Counted from the first letter of the stretch, positions 1-11,150 are shown. The stretch: DNA of 64,000 bases from an uncultured virus (IMG/VR IMGVR_UViG_3300035180_003568) (IMGVR_UViG_3300035180_003568); one strand, 5' to 3'. The notes: generated by a model from the letters alone, not told the origin. Numbers and translations are program-made.

Positions 1-1751
1 TTATCATATTCAATAGCTAAAGCGCCATCTTTATCTTTTCTGAGCGGGATTAATCCAGTCAACGATCTTGCAGAGATAATAATGCCTCCTGCGTGAGTAG
101 ACCATGCCCTATACTTCCCACAAATATCTTTGTACTTAATGAACTCGGGATATTTCTTACAATATTCTCCGAATAAAGGCACTTTTTTAAGTGCCTCATC
201 AATAGAATGGATATCTGCCGGAATACAATCAGCAACATCATTACCAATCTTAACTGCATCTTCTCTGGAGCCGCCAAGCTCACAAGCTCTAGCAATATCT
301 CTAACGAATACCTTAGGAGTAATGGTATTTACATTAGAAACGTGAGCTACATGGTCATCACCATATTTCTTTCGCAAATAATTCTGTACTTTTTCACGAC
401 CTGAAGGCGCAAAGTCTGTATCAATATCTGGAAAGCTTGACTTTTCCTTGTTATGAAAACGAGCAAAAATCAAATTATACTTGAGTGGATCTGCTTGGTG
501 GATATCCAATAAAAATGCAACCAGTGATCCGCCAACTGATCCGCGACCCTCTCCCACTGCAATTCCGTTTTTTCTTGCCCAACCAATGAAATCAGCAACA
601 ATTAGCATATAGCTAGAGAATCCGTGATATTCTAGAACATCAAGTTCTTCTTCAATACGTTTATGATAATCCACCATTCGTTCTGGTTCAACATTTTTTA
701 CACGCTGAGGCAGCTTAACATAACACATAAAACGAAGATATAATTTATCTTCGTCTAGTTTTCTTATATTTTCTGGCTGATCTTTTACCCATTCCAAAAA
801 TTCAGGATAATTTACCTCATCTTTAACTGGAAAGATGGGAAGTTCTTTGCCTGATGGATTGGAGAATTTTGGATCTATCCAATCTGGATTCTCACACATG
901 TCGGCAAAATATAAACTATTGGTACAGAATTCAGTCGCCAAATCCTCGCCATAATTTCTTGTAAAGAAGTTTTTTACCTCATCACCAGATTTTAGATAAA
1001 ACTCTGGTACATTATATTTAATTCTATAATTGGAATGAATAGGCTGGCGCGCACCAATTGCCAAAAGCACATCATGTGTTTCATGTTCTTCTTTACGAAG
1101 ATAATGTGCATTACAAGCCGCAACAACTTTTATGTTGTGCTTTTTCCCCAGATTAACCATCTGCCTATTCAAAAATGTCTGATCAATTTCATCATTGTAG
1201 ATGTTTGATCCGCGCTTCATATTATTTGGCTGAACTTCAAGCCCAAGATTATCGCCAAAAATAGATTTCAATCGAAGAAGTGTTTTTTCTGCCTCATCAC
1301 TTCTTTTATTCATCAGTAGCTGAGAAATTATTCCATTGCCACATGCGGTAAGACAAATTAAACCATCGGAGTATTTCTCTAACAATTTCCAATCAATAAT
1401 AGAATACACGCGCTTACCCAAAAGAGAGTCGTGATCAAATCCTAGTTTATTAAGAGTTAATAAGTTTCTATATCCTATTGCGTTCTTTGCAATAAGAACG
1501 ATATGTCGTAATTTTTCATCACGATTATTAATGTCGTCAACGAAATAACACTCGCACCCAATAATAAGTTTAACTTTAGTATCTTTGGAGGCTTTTAAAG
1601 CTTCCCAAGCGCCAGCCAAAGAACCATGATCCGTGACAGCTACTGCCGTTTGCCCCAATTCTTTGGCTCTTAAGAAGAGCTCTTTGGGTGAAATTAAAGA
1701 GTCGAGAATAGAAAAATGCGTTTGATTATGTAAAGACACAAAATCAGTCAT
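1..1751 (-). CDS. dnaE: DNA polymerase III alpha subunit, N-terminal part (runs off window start)
   Basis: Not in ORF track; manual translation from ATG at 1751 gives MTDFVSLHNQTHFSILDS...AVTDHG (PHP domain), GRGSVGGSLVAFLL and FPDIDTDF (catalytic palm). Confidence 0.95.
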   Translation of the reverse strand, partial: MTDFVSLHNQTHFSILDSLISPKELFLRAKELGQTAVAVTDHGSLAGAWEALKASKDTKVKLIIGCECYFVDDINNRDEKLRHIVLIAKNAIGYRNLLTLNKLGFDHDSLLGKRVYSIIDWKLLEKYSDGLICLTACGNGIISQLLMNKRSDEAEKTLLRLKSIFGDNLGLEVQPNNMKRGSNIYNDEIDQTFLNRQMVNLGKKHNIKVVAACNAHYLRKEEHETHDVLLAIGARQPIHSNYRIKYNVPEFYLKSGDEVKNFFTRNYGEDLATEFCTNSLYFADMCENPDWIDPKFSNPSGKELPIFPVKDEVNYPEFLEWVKDQPENIRKLDEDKLYLRFMCYVKLPQRVKNVEPERMVDYHKRIEEELDVLEYHGFSSYMLIVADFIGWARKNGIAVGEGRGSVGGSLVAFLLDIHQADPLKYNLIFARFHNKEKSSFPDIDTDFAPSGREKVQNYLRKKYGDDHVAHVSNVNTITPKVFVRDIARACELGGSREDAVKIGNDVADCIPADIHSIDEALKKVPLFGEYCKKYPEFIKYKDICGKYRAWSTHAGGIIISARSLTGLIPLRKDKDGALAIEYD

Positions 1752-1858
1752 AACTTACCTTTGTATTGTGAGGTATTGTGACACCAATGCAGCCGGCTTA
1801 TAATAAAGCGCTATCTCTCTAATAAGTAGAGAGAGTGCATTATGTCAGGGAATACAGG

Positions 1859-2527
1859 TCAGGGTAACAATATAGATTTTAATTTGTTTTCGTCAAGCCC
1901 CTCAGAATTTTCATAAATATGAGAAATATTGTTAAATTGCTTTTTCCAATATTTCTTATCTTGTGCATTTTTAGTTAGTACTTTACGTAAATCCTGAAAA
2001 CTTAAACTTTTCTTTTTGAAAAGAGCATGGGCAACAACAGTAATTGCATCCCAGTTATTTTCAATCACTTCTTGTGTTTCTCTTATTAATTTCTTTTTGT
2101 AAGAGTATCTTTTCCTGCCAGGAGCTGCTAAATTATATGTTTTTATAAGCGCCGCAGCAGATAAAGTGTCATCTGAAGAACCATCTCTTAAGAAGAGAGG
2201 GAATTTGTCAGATCCTGACATTTTCTTGAAATGACACTTTTCGGCAACAAGTCCGGCATATTTTAAACAAATTTCTGATACCAGAAAATATTGAAAAGCC
2301 TCAGAATCCTTAGAGTTCGTAAGGCATGGAGGTTCAGAATAATGGGTAAATCCATTTATTCTTTTATTTTTTTTTAATTCAAAAATGCTAACAGACTCTA
2401 TTTTAAAGCCTTTTACTAATCCATAAATGACATGACCAGCTTCATGGTACGATGTGAAGATAGATTCGTGATTCTGAGTAATTTTTTTCCTTAAATCCGA
2501 AAGGCTTCCCACTCCATGATTTGCCAT
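1859..2527 (-). CDS. Peptidase M41-like (FtsH protease-domain-like) protein
   Basis: YHEAGH zinc motif and downstream AGLVAE; no AAA or TM domain. Confidence 0.7.
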   Translation of the reverse strand: MANHGVGSLSDLRKKITQNHESIFTSYHEAGHVIYGLVKGFKIESVSIFELKKNKRINGFTHYSEPPCLTNSKDSEAFQYFLVSEICLKYAGLVAEKCHFKKMSGSDKFPLFLRDGSSDDTLSAAALIKTYNLAAPGRKRYSYKKKLIRETQEVIENNWDAITVVAHALFKKKSLSFQDLRKVLTKNAQDKKYWKKQFNNISHIYENSEGLDENKLKSILLP

Positions 2528-2530
2528 AAA

Positions 2531-2809
2531 TCACTCCATTTGTTGCAATAAACATTCAAAATCATTAAGTAATTTGGCACAATCTGCCCGCTTACACCTG
2601 ACCTGAAGTCTATCAGAGCCGATAGGACCCGTTACATATAATTCCGGACTATCGGCATATAAGATTCCAACTTTTGTAAAATGTACAAACTCAACAAAAC
2701 CATGAGAAATCAGAAATTGTAGTAATTTTGAATCGATGGGTCTATCAGTTTTAAACATCAAGCTGGTCATCTTGCAACAAGATTGGACTGTATGTCTAGT
2801 AACTTTCAT
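2531..2809 (-). CDS. Hypothetical protein
   Basis: ORF packed between neighbours with ATGA overlap. Confidence 0.6.
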   Translation of the reverse strand: MKVTRHTVQSCCKMTSLMFKTDRPIDSKLLQFLISHGFVEFVHFTKVGILYADSPELYVTGPIGSDRLQVRCKRADCAKLLNDFECLLQQME

Positions 2810-3132
2810 TCGTCCTTATTATCTAACTCTTCGCCTTTAGCCTCTAATAGAAATAGGGCATATTTAAGCTTAGCCGTCTGTACCTTTATTGAATCACGAT
2901 ATGGAAGAGAAATATCTTTCACCACCTCTTTAGCAGCATTCAACTTAATATCTTCAGATTTTTCTTTTTCTAGTGTATAGATGTTTCCTTCACAGGTAAC
3001 AATAATTTTCTTAAGTTCATCCACATCTGCAGCATCAGCGGTATCTTTAAATTCTGGAATTTCTTTTAGAACCTTTGCCCACTTCTCTGGGAATTCTGTG
3101 CCTACTGAGTTGTCGTCTTTCTTATCACTCAT
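2806..3132 (-). CDS. Hypothetical coiled-coil protein
   Basis: GGAG SD before ATG at 3132; operon packing. Confidence 0.6.
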   Translation of the reverse strand: MSDKKDDNSVGTEFPEKWAKVLKEIPEFKDTADAADVDELKKIIVTCEGNIYTLEKEKSEDIKLNAAKEVVKDISLPYRDSIKVQTAKLKYALFLLEAKGEELDNKDE

Positions 3133-3144
3133 TTTAATCTCCAA

Positions 3145-4392
3145 TTACTCTATAATTCTAACTGATTTAGATACGAAATCTAATGTGTACTCATCTCTGA
3201 TTCTAGAGAACAAAATCTGTAAATATCCAGTTCTGTTCATTTCCTTAATAACATCATCTAGTGATGCGGTGGTTCTTGATTTGGCAAGATTTTGTTTTAC
3301 AATTTCAAATACTTCTTGATCAGATAACTGCGCCTCTGGCTCTAGCTCTCTAACTCTATCTAAAACAAGAGAAACAGTAACATTACGTTTGGCTAATGTT
3401 AAGAATCTCTCCTTGTCCGCATCTTCTAATTTATCCCAATCTAGCTTAGCCTGATAAGCCAAATATTTTGCCTCAGATAAAGACATCCAGTTTGGAACAT
3501 CCACTTTATTCAAATCTGCAAGCTTATTTGAAAGAGCTTCATTAATAGCCATCTTATTATTATTCGCTATACGAGCTGCTGCCGACGCATTAACGAACTC
3601 TTTTAATTCTGAAAAATCCTTTTTGTTCATTTTTTGAGCCAAAGTATCATCTAAAGGATGGGGCTCGGTTTTAGAACCCATATTCACGGTAACTTTAAAA
3701 TGAACTTTTTTACCAGCCAATGAAGGTAATCCATTTTCTGGAACTAGAACATCAAACTCTCTGGTCTCTCCGACTTTCATGCCCAATAAAGCATCATCAA
3801 ATTCTTTAATTGGACTCGCCCCTACGTTCAACATTTCGCCTTCTGCCGAAGCAGAATCAATTTTAACGCCATCCACCAAGCCTTCATAATCTACAATGAC
3901 ATTATCTCCCTTTTGGATAAAATCATCCTCTCCATACGGAGAGGTTTCTCCAAAACGCACTCTAAGTTCCTGCATCATTTTTTCTGATAGATCAATCACA
4001 GATATAGTTTCAACTGGCTTTGGAAGCTCTAGCCCTTGATATGAAGCCAGTTCAAACGCTGGCTTTGTAAATAAATCAAAATCACAGGTAAATTTACCAC
4101 CAATAAATAACATGGCGGTAAAAAATGGAGCCCCATGAGGCTTAATCTTTTTTTCAAAAAGCGTATTATGATATGCATCTTCTGCTAAAGCTCTTTTTAG
4201 AGCATCATCGATTTGCTGACGGTAATGCATATTGATTGCATCAGGAGTTGCCTTACCAGGTCTAAACCCAGGCACTGGAGCCTTTTTGAAGGCGCCAATT
4301 ACTTCCGCGCGCTTGCTTAAAATTTCTGAGGCATCCGCCTCATAATGAACTGATAATTTGCAGGGTTCTATTTCTTTTACTTCAATTTGCAT
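3145..4392 (-). CDS. tig: Trigger factor
   Basis: Ribosome-binding signature VPGFRPGKA, FKBP domain (GDNVIVDYEG), 415 aa. Confidence 0.93.
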   Translation of the reverse strand: MQIEVKEIEPCKLSVHYEADASEILSKRAEVIGAFKKAPVPGFRPGKATPDAINMHYRQQIDDALKRALAEDAYHNTLFEKKIKPHGAPFFTAMLFIGGKFTCDFDLFTKPAFELASYQGLELPKPVETISVIDLSEKMMQELRVRFGETSPYGEDDFIQKGDNVIVDYEGLVDGVKIDSASAEGEMLNVGASPIKEFDDALLGMKVGETREFDVLVPENGLPSLAGKKVHFKVTVNMGSKTEPHPLDDTLAQKMNKKDFSELKEFVNASAAARIANNNKMAINEALSNKLADLNKVDVPNWMSLSEAKYLAYQAKLDWDKLEDADKERFLTLAKRNVTVSLVLDRVRELEPEAQLSDQEVFEIVKQNLAKSRTTASLDDVIKEMNRTGYLQILFSRIRDEYTLDFVSKSVRIIE

Positions 4393-4401
4393 TGTATCCT
4401 C

Positions 4402-5187
4402 TTACCAAGCTACTTCACCATATATATGCTGATCAAAAACTTTACTTTTACCTTGTGGACAAAGATTCAAATAATCACAATACCCACATAAGGGAGTCGG
4501 GTTTGGTGGGTATTCTTTTTCTTCCAAAATTTGTTGTGCATAATCTAAGTATTTATCTTTGATCTGATTAATCTCTGATGCTGAAAACTCAGCAGTAATG
4601 TACTCAAAATCATGTCTCAGCAATATGTAAGAAGCTCTAATTTTTTGAATTGACGGATCTTCATTAATCATAATGTATGCGTACGTTAACAATTGGAAAA
4701 AATCGTTTTTCAGATATTTTTTATTTTTGACGGTTTTGTAGTCGCACACATGGACTACATTATCAGCATCAAGCTGCACTCTGTCAATCATCCCGTTTAA
4801 AGAAACTTTTTCGCTCAGCGGAATGTCAAAACTTTTTTCGCACGCCAAAACATTTGGCAAAGAATTGTCTTTTTTTGCTTGCGTGATATTTCGTAAATAC
4901 TGATCAATAATTTTCCAGCAATCCTTTTTCATTTCCGGAGTCATTTTATCATTATACTCAACGATAGCATCTTTATAAGCTTGAGACATTGTTTTATTGA
5001 ACGGTTCAGTAGAACCATTAATGTAGGCGTTATGAAAATCTTCTAATACTTTATGACAAAATTTTCCAAATGTATGATGTTCCCAATCTTTTCTAGGAAG
5101 CTTTTCTATGTAGGCATATTGAAATTTTTTCTTGCAATCAATAAATGTTTTTGTTTTACTCACAGACAGTCTTAATTCGTCGGACAT
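4402..5187 (-). CDS. PD-(D/E)XK RecB/Cas4-like exonuclease
   Basis: GMIDRV...DYKT, QLLTYA, one N-terminal Cys plus C-terminal CxxCxxxxxC (Fe-S staple). Confidence 0.85.
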   Translation of the reverse strand: MSDELRLSVSKTKTFIDCKKKFQYAYIEKLPRKDWEHHTFGKFCHKVLEDFHNAYINGSTEPFNKTMSQAYKDAIVEYNDKMTPEMKKDCWKIIDQYLRNITQAKKDNSLPNVLACEKSFDIPLSEKVSLNGMIDRVQLDADNVVHVCDYKTVKNKKYLKNDFFQLLTYAYIMINEDPSIQKIRASYILLRHDFEYITAEFSASEINQIKDKYLDYAQQILEEKEYPPNPTPLCGYCDYLNLCPQGKSKVFDQHIYGEVAW

Positions 5188-5236
5188 AATATCTTACTTT
5201 CGATTATGATAATGTATAAATCTATATACCAACTAA

Positions 5237-6223
5237 TTAGAATAACACTCTTCTAGTGAATGGCATCCAAGAAAAGACATATCTGCTACCCGGCTCTCTA
5301 GTAGATAATATTCCAGACAAATTACCATTATAATTATCAGTAGGCTGGTACGGCGCTTTAGATATAATCCATTTATTGATGGTTGTATCTAAATAATAAT
5401 ATGTAATAGTATTATCTCTAGGATTATAATATGATTTAAGAAATGATCCACTTACAGGTGGTGAGTCCATGCCGGAATTGAAATAATTATTACCATCTCG
5501 GGCTCGTTCGGCATTTTCTAGAGAAAAAAATTGACGATTAATTAGGGGAGGATCGTTAGGATTCTCTTTGGAGACATCATGGAATATAACCATGGCGCGT
5601 GGATCGAAAATCTTACTAAATTGATCAGAGGTCTCTGGTGGGGCAGGCTCTGTTTGAATTGTTACCTTAGCTGGTAAATTACCAATACCCCTACCAGTCT
5701 GACCTTCACTATCAGTAGTGGAATATTTAATACTATAATTTTCTAGATCATATGGAGCATTGGTAAATCCAGTTGGATTTCGCGCTCCATCGAACCCTGT
5801 TGGAATTTCTGTTTTTGTAGGATCATCTACCGTAACACCCGCATCACCAGGATTTAAAAACATGGTTGTTGGTTGTATTGGTGGAGTTCCAAAAGGATAT
5901 AAGGAAGGAATGTTTTCTTGTGCCTGCGCATCGGTGGCGGCATGTGCCAAGCGAGCATTATTTAGAATATTAGTTTCATAAATCTCGGTAATTATTGTAG
6001 AGTAATCTACTCCATTAGTAGCTAGAATTTTTAATGTTACTACTAAGGCGTCCATTGGCAATATAATTGCCGAAGTATAAATATTAGAGAATAATGTAGG
6101 ATCGCTTCCATCTAAAGTGTAAAAAATCGTGGCAGGAATATTAGTCTCAACCGACACACTTCTTGGTATGCCCGACACAATTTGTTCACTAGATTCTGTA
6201 ATTGTTACACTAATAACTGACAT
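5237..6223 (-). CDS. Protein with N-terminal Fn3-associated/chitobiase-C-like domain, possibly virion-associated
   Basis: IFYTLDGSDPT motif. Confidence 0.6.
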   Translation of the reverse strand: MSVISVTITESSEQIVSGIPRSVSVETNIPATIFYTLDGSDPTLFSNIYTSAIILPMDALVVTLKILATNGVDYSTIITEIYETNILNNARLAHAATDAQAQENIPSLYPFGTPPIQPTTMFLNPGDAGVTVDDPTKTEIPTGFDGARNPTGFTNAPYDLENYSIKYSTTDSEGQTGRGIGNLPAKVTIQTEPAPPETSDQFSKIFDPRAMVIFHDVSKENPNDPPLINRQFFSLENAERARDGNNYFNSGMDSPPVSGSFLKSYYNPRDNTITYYYLDTTINKWIISKAPYQPTDNYNGNLSGILSTREPGSRYVFSWMPFTRRVLF

Positions 6224-6224
6224 T

Positions 6225-6542
6225 TTATACCGCGTTTAAGAATTTTGCATTTGGCACGGTCATAGACTTTTTAAGCATAATTCTATAGACCCTATGAGCC
6301 GCTCTTCTGAAGATTTTGGCAAGTTTTAAAAATAATTCATCACCTTCTCTTCTATACAAAATTATGAATCTATCACTATAATTTAGATATTCTAATTCTG
6401 GAGGAGTTCCTTTGTATGAGCCGCCTTCTATAGAGACTAATTTAGAGATGGCTTGTATGAGAAGGAACTTATAGAACCGTTCCTCTCCAACAGCCTTATA
6501 TTTGGCTAAAAACTCAGATTTAAACAGATCATTGTCCATCAT
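6225..6542 (-). CDS. Hypothetical protein
   Basis: ORF, tight packing. Confidence 0.6.
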   Translation of the reverse strand: MMDNDLFKSEFLAKYKAVGEERFYKFLLIQAISKLVSIEGGSYKGTPPELEYLNYSDRFIILYRREGDELFLKLAKIFRRAAHRVYRIMLKKSMTVPNAKFLNAV

Positions 6543-6560
6543 TATTATGCAATTATATAC

Positions 6561-7142
6561 TTATGCCTCTTGTAAATCAACCACTTTTTGGTAGATTTGA
6601 ATTATCTTATCATTCAATTCGTCCTTGGTCTCATTATTTTCTAATATGCAATCAAATTCACTATCTAGAATTCCATCCTGATTTGTTTCGCTAATATCAT
6701 TAATGGCAGTGAATTCATTTCTCTTCAATCTGATCATAAAAAACCCTTTGCTTTTCAAATGATCAAATTCATTTCTAAATCTAACATCAGTGACTATAAC
6801 TAGATTTACATCATTTTTTTCTGCTTTATTCAAAGCAAAATCAAATGCATCTAACCAAGTATTTTCATAATACTGACGACCTAAACCAGTTCCTATATCT
6901 ATGAGGAGCTGTCTAACTGTAAGCGGCTGTCCATTTTTGAAAGCTTTAGGGATAATAGTGGCTCGATATTTTGAGTCTCCATAAAAACATTTTCTAGGGA
7001 CATATGGAAACATGGTCCTAGCAATCTCTTTAATTGGGTCTGCAAAAGCAATTTTCGTACTTACCGTTGTTAGATCTCTAAAATACTGTCCCGCAGTGTC
7101 CTTACCCGACCCAGCTTTTCCACAAATAGCTATTTTAATCAT
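6561..7142 (-). CDS. Deoxynucleoside monophosphate kinase
   Basis: GKAGSGKDT, FADPIKE, RQLL..GT, VTDVRFRNE, SE motif. Confidence 0.88.
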   Translation of the reverse strand: MIKIAICGKAGSGKDTAGQYFRDLTTVSTKIAFADPIKEIARTMFPYVPRKCFYGDSKYRATIIPKAFKNGQPLTVRQLLIDIGTGLGRQYYENTWLDAFDFALNKAEKNDVNLVIVTDVRFRNEFDHLKSKGFFMIRLKRNEFTAINDISETNQDGILDSEFDCILENNETKDELNDKIIQIYQKVVDLQEA

Positions 7143-7148
7143 TATCCT

Positions 7149-9350
7149 TCACCAAGATGAAACTACTTTTGCACGAGATACGGCATTTATATCTTGCTCA
7201 ACCAAAATTGCATGAGAAAATTTATCTTTCAATCGATCATTATGAGTAATGATAAGTATCATAAAGTCCTTTTGGAAAAACTTCACAATATCTGCAAATG
7301 CATCCACATTTGCTTTATCTAGTGATTGATCAATTTCATCTAATAATAAAAACTTAATGTCTGTGCCAATCATTTTCTGCAACAAAAAAGATAACCCTAA
7401 TTTCAAACTAAACATCACCGATAATTTCATTGCACCGGATAATTGCTCATAATCTCTTTCCTTACCATTAATATAGTAAATGATATCTAGTGTGTCATCT
7501 TGCGCCCCATCGTCTTTAGTTTTTTCAATGACAAAAGATAGCTGTAGTCCAGAAAATAGCTGGCTAAGTAAATTATTAGCCTCTATCTGAAGATCATCTA
7601 ATACATTTTGAATAATTAAATTTGGTATGCCTGAAGAAGAAAAAGCTTGTAAAATTGATGGATATAATTCAAACTTCTTGTTCAGTTCCTGAAGAGATTT
7701 TTTAATCTCTACTTTTTGCAGTAGCTGAGATTTTTTAGATTCAATCGAGTGCTTGATTACCGCCGACTCATTGCTTAATGTAAGCAGTTCTTTGTTTAGA
7801 GTGTTGCTTAACTGCAAAATATTATTATGTTCAGTTTTTTTATCTATAATGCTTTGCTTAATTTTATTTTCTTCTTCAATAGAAGAATTTTCTAAATCTA
7901 TTTTAATTTGATCCAATTCAGCTTGCTTATCTGACAATTCTTGAGAATATTTGCTTATTAGAGAAACATACTCTTCATAAATGCTCTTTTTATCTTGAAC
8001 CTCTTTGTTTTTTGAAGATATTTGAGAGTTTATAGACTCTAATTTTTGTTTAGAAATCTGTAAGCTATTAATGTCTCTTTGAATATTAGCAATACTTAAG
8101 TTATTACTTGATATAACCCTTTTATATTCTGCAATTAAAACTTCACATTCTTTTATTTCTTTTTGTATTTGATCCTGGCAGGATTGTCTATGACTATCAG
8201 ATAGTGGTTGACGACAATACTTACACGAAGCCTTATCTGGCATTGGTATTCTTAACTCTTCTAACTTAGAAGAAATGTTTTGAATATTAGCATTATAAGC
8301 CGATGATTGATCTTTTATTGTTTGCAAAGACTCGCTCATAATTTCAATCTGAGAGAAATCCAAAGCAATTAACTCTAACTGTCTTTCTTTAAGCTCTTTT
8401 ATCTCATCAAGCAAGATGCGGGCAGCCTTGCTGATATTCGTCTTTTTGGAATGATATTCTTTGATTGATGTTTCAATTCTAGTTTTAAGACTAAGAACCT
8501 CTTTCTCTTTATTTCTAAGAACAGAATTTTTATTAACTAAAACATTGTATTGAGAGTTTAAATCGTTTAATGAGGTAGCAGCTTCTTGTAATTGAAGAGT
8601 TATTTTATCAATTTCTTCAGTTTTTAAAGAAATATTAGCATCTAAATCTGATAATCGTTTTTCTAGATTAGAAAGGTCTTCTTGCGGGTTACCCAAACTT
8701 TCTAGTAAAATATTATCTTTCTCAATTTGTTTAGATAAAGTTCCAGCCTCTTCTTTCGCCATCTTTTCTAATTTAGAGTAGATTCCTAAACTAAGAGCTT
8801 CTTTAAGAATGCCTTTTCTTTTTTCTGGAGTAACAGTAGTTAAACCAGTAAAATCATGCTGAATAAAATGTATTGTATTTCGGAAAGCTTTAAAATTCAA
8901 CTTGATCAATTTAAGAAGTTCTTTCTCTGTGTCTGCGGCTCGACGTCCAGAGATGTCCTTCCAGAATTTTTTATCTATCACTGGTTTATTTCTACCATAG
9001 ACATCATCGAACTCGCCTGCCTCGGCAGTGCGCTGATACAGCGACAAATCAGAACTTCCCTTTTTTGTTCTTTTCCTAAATATTCTGTATTCTTGATTAT
9101 CTAATTCGACATCTAGAATTACGGCACAGGCAGTAGAATCATCACGAATTAATCTTTCCAATACCACATCAGACTGATTAAACAAAACATATTCAATTGC
9201 TTTAAATATGGAAGTTTTACCTGCTCCATTAGATTTTTCATCATTATTAGCGATCTTAGCCACCACAAGAGCCGAGCTAAATTGAGTGAAATCAATAAAA
9301 CTTTGTTCGTGGCAAATAAAGTTCTCTAAATATAATCTGAGGGGCTTCAT
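7149..9350 (-). CDS. sbcC: SbcC/Rad50-like ATPase
   Basis: Walker A NGAGKTS, long coiled coil with CKYC hook, LSG signature, LLLDE, IITH. Confidence 0.92.
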   Translation of the reverse strand: MKPLRLYLENFICHEQSFIDFTQFSSALVVAKIANNDEKSNGAGKTSIFKAIEYVLFNQSDVVLERLIRDDSTACAVILDVELDNQEYRIFRKRTKKGSSDLSLYQRTAEAGEFDDVYGRNKPVIDKKFWKDISGRRAADTEKELLKLIKLNFKAFRNTIHFIQHDFTGLTTVTPEKRKGILKEALSLGIYSKLEKMAKEEAGTLSKQIEKDNILLESLGNPQEDLSNLEKRLSDLDANISLKTEEIDKITLQLQEAATSLNDLNSQYNVLVNKNSVLRNKEKEVLSLKTRIETSIKEYHSKKTNISKAARILLDEIKELKERQLELIALDFSQIEIMSESLQTIKDQSSAYNANIQNISSKLEELRIPMPDKASCKYCRQPLSDSHRQSCQDQIQKEIKECEVLIAEYKRVISSNNLSIANIQRDINSLQISKQKLESINSQISSKNKEVQDKKSIYEEYVSLISKYSQELSDKQAELDQIKIDLENSSIEEENKIKQSIIDKKTEHNNILQLSNTLNKELLTLSNESAVIKHSIESKKSQLLQKVEIKKSLQELNKKFELYPSILQAFSSSGIPNLIIQNVLDDLQIEANNLLSQLFSGLQLSFVIEKTKDDGAQDDTLDIIYYINGKERDYEQLSGAMKLSVMFSLKLGLSFLLQKMIGTDIKFLLLDEIDQSLDKANVDAFADIVKFFQKDFMILIITHNDRLKDKFSHAILVEQDINAVSRAKVVSSW

Positions 9351-10540
9351 TCTTTACTTTCTGACTTGAACTTATTAAATATAGAAACACCCAGCTCAAT
9401 AAAAGCTGATCTCTTAGACTCTTCAATATTATTTTTGGCAAATATTTTAAGAGCAGAAACTACGTCCATCTTAGTGTCCATAGCTTTATTAGACTCTTTT
9501 TTAAGCAGAGTGGTCTTTTTTGATTCAGTAATCCCTGCGACATTAAACACGCCAGCTTGTTGAAGTGCCTTATCAATAGCAGTTTTATTGATTGATTTCA
9601 ACTCAGCGTCTTCTAAAGACACTTCTACTCGAACTATTGATTTATCTAAATCATCAAATTCGGCAAACTTATCGATAACAAACTGAGTAGTGTCTTTTGT
9701 GTCTTTAGGAATAACTATATTAATTTTTTTTAATCTTCTGGTGGGAAGATATTCAATTTGAAATTGACCAGAGTCGCAATCAAAAATTACTATATGTTTC
9801 TTGTGGTCAGTTTCTCCGAAATTAGAAATATCCATACTACCAACATGGGCAACATATGGAGATTTTTTATTCATGACCTGTGGCTTATGAACATGTCCCA
9901 TCCATACATAATCATAACCATTAAACATGGAAACTGGACAAAAAATCTCATTGGTTATATCATCGATTTCATCGCCAATAGGAATTGACCCCTCAATCGC
10001 TAGATGCCCTACTAAAACTTTATGATAGGTCACTGGAGCTCCAGCCAATTCATATATTAGAGAATCCTTTAAAAGAGCCATAGCTTCTGCATTAGAAGGG
10101 GAGGCATAAGATTTTCTATCCCTAAAGGGGACAAAAGTAAAGGACGTATATCCCACTAAGATTGTGTCAATTTGTTTATAAATTGACATGGCATCCATGT
10201 CCACTTCGCTAATAATATCAAGCGGCGAAGAATAAACAAATCCGCTTCGCAAAATATCATGATTACCAATTATGATGTGGCAATGAATATTATGCGCCTG
10301 ACATTTTTTTAGCCATGAAATAAAAAGTGTAATCAATGAAGGGTGTGGTCTAGGCTCTTCAAATACATCCCCCGTAATAATAATATGACCGGATGTATGT
10401 TCAATAGCCTGCTCTAATGTCCAATCTAAAAGATTTAACTGATCTTCTATTCGACTATTAAGCCCGGCGCCAATATTAGATTTACCTAGATTTACGCCTT
10501 TTCCTAAATGGACATCCCCTAAGATAATAGCATTATTCAT
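9347..10540 (-). CDS. sbcD: SbcD/Mre11-like nuclease
   Basis: GDVHLG, GDVFE, GNHD, GHVH metallophosphoesterase motifs; adjacent to sbcC. Confidence 0.92.
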   Translation of the reverse strand: MNNAIILGDVHLGKGVNLGKSNIGAGLNSRIEDQLNLLDWTLEQAIEHTSGHIIITGDVFEEPRPHPSLITLFISWLKKCQAHNIHCHIIIGNHDILRSGFVYSSPLDIISEVDMDAMSIYKQIDTILVGYTSFTFVPFRDRKSYASPSNAEAMALLKDSLIYELAGAPVTYHKVLVGHLAIEGSIPIGDEIDDITNEIFCPVSMFNGYDYVWMGHVHKPQVMNKKSPYVAHVGSMDISNFGETDHKKHIVIFDCDSGQFQIEYLPTRRLKKINIVIPKDTKDTTQFVIDKFAEFDDLDKSIVRVEVSLEDAELKSINKTAIDKALQQAGVFNVAGITESKKTTLLKKESNKAMDTKMDVVSALKIFAKNNIEESKRSAFIELGVSIFNKFKSESKE

Positions 10541-11150
10541 CGTATGCCTGAATCCTCATTTTTAGGAGATCAACAATCCATTTTAAAGCTTCATTATCCA
10601 TATTTCGTCTCAAGTTAAGGTCGTCAAACATTTTGCACACTTCCTCGATATACAGAAATGCTTCTGGGCTCTTAAATTTTTCACGAAACTCTCGCACATG
10701 GGTTGAGAAATCTGCCATAATTTCCAGCGTTTCTGATGAATTTTCATATTCAAAAACGATGCCCTCATCTATATCCTCCGAAAATTCTTCTACAATTTTC
10801 CGCGCGGCACGAGAATAAGATATATTTTCCATATTCATTACAAATGAAACAGGATCTACCCCAGCTTTGCACCCAAAACAATGATAGGTATTTGTAGGCG
10901 CATAATATTTAAAGGAGGCAGAATTTTCTCTACCTCCCTTGTGAGATTTAAAGGGGCACACTATATATTGGTTACTCTCACTAAGTCTTAATCCATAGTA
11001 TTTGAACAGGCGGGTTAATGGAACTGAATTGGCTTTACTAACTATGGCTTTATAATCGTCTTGTCCTGCAATATCTTCTGTAAAGCTTCCAGCCTCCCCA
11101 AGTGTTTTGCTACTGCTTGTGGATCGGGTTGAATTTGGTATTGAGCGCAT
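10533..11150 (-). CDS. Stand-alone CHC2 zinc-finger (primase zinc-binding domain) protein; start uncertain
   Basis: CPFKSH...SF...YHCFGC; no TOPRIM domain. Confidence 0.8.
   Translation of the reverse strand: MRSIPNSTRSTSSSKTLGEAGSFTEDIAGQDDYKAIVSKANSVPLTRLFKYYGLRLSESNQYIVCPFKSHKGGRENSASFKYYAPTNTYHCFGCKAGVDPVSFVMNMENISYSRAARKIVEEFSEDIDEGIVFEYENSSETLEIMADFSTHVREFREKFKSPEAFLYIEEVCKMFDDLNLRRNMDNEALKWIVDLLKMRIQAYDE

Noticed and set aside
59..404. Short ORFs listed at the window start, and most other plus-strand ORFs nested in long genes
   Set aside because: They overlap dnaE or other well-supported genes in alternative frames and lack motifs or SD sites.
4402..5187. Cas4 as part of a CRISPR-Cas locus
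   Set aside because: No other cas genes or array nearby; solo RecB/Cas4-like nucleases are common in phage replication modules.
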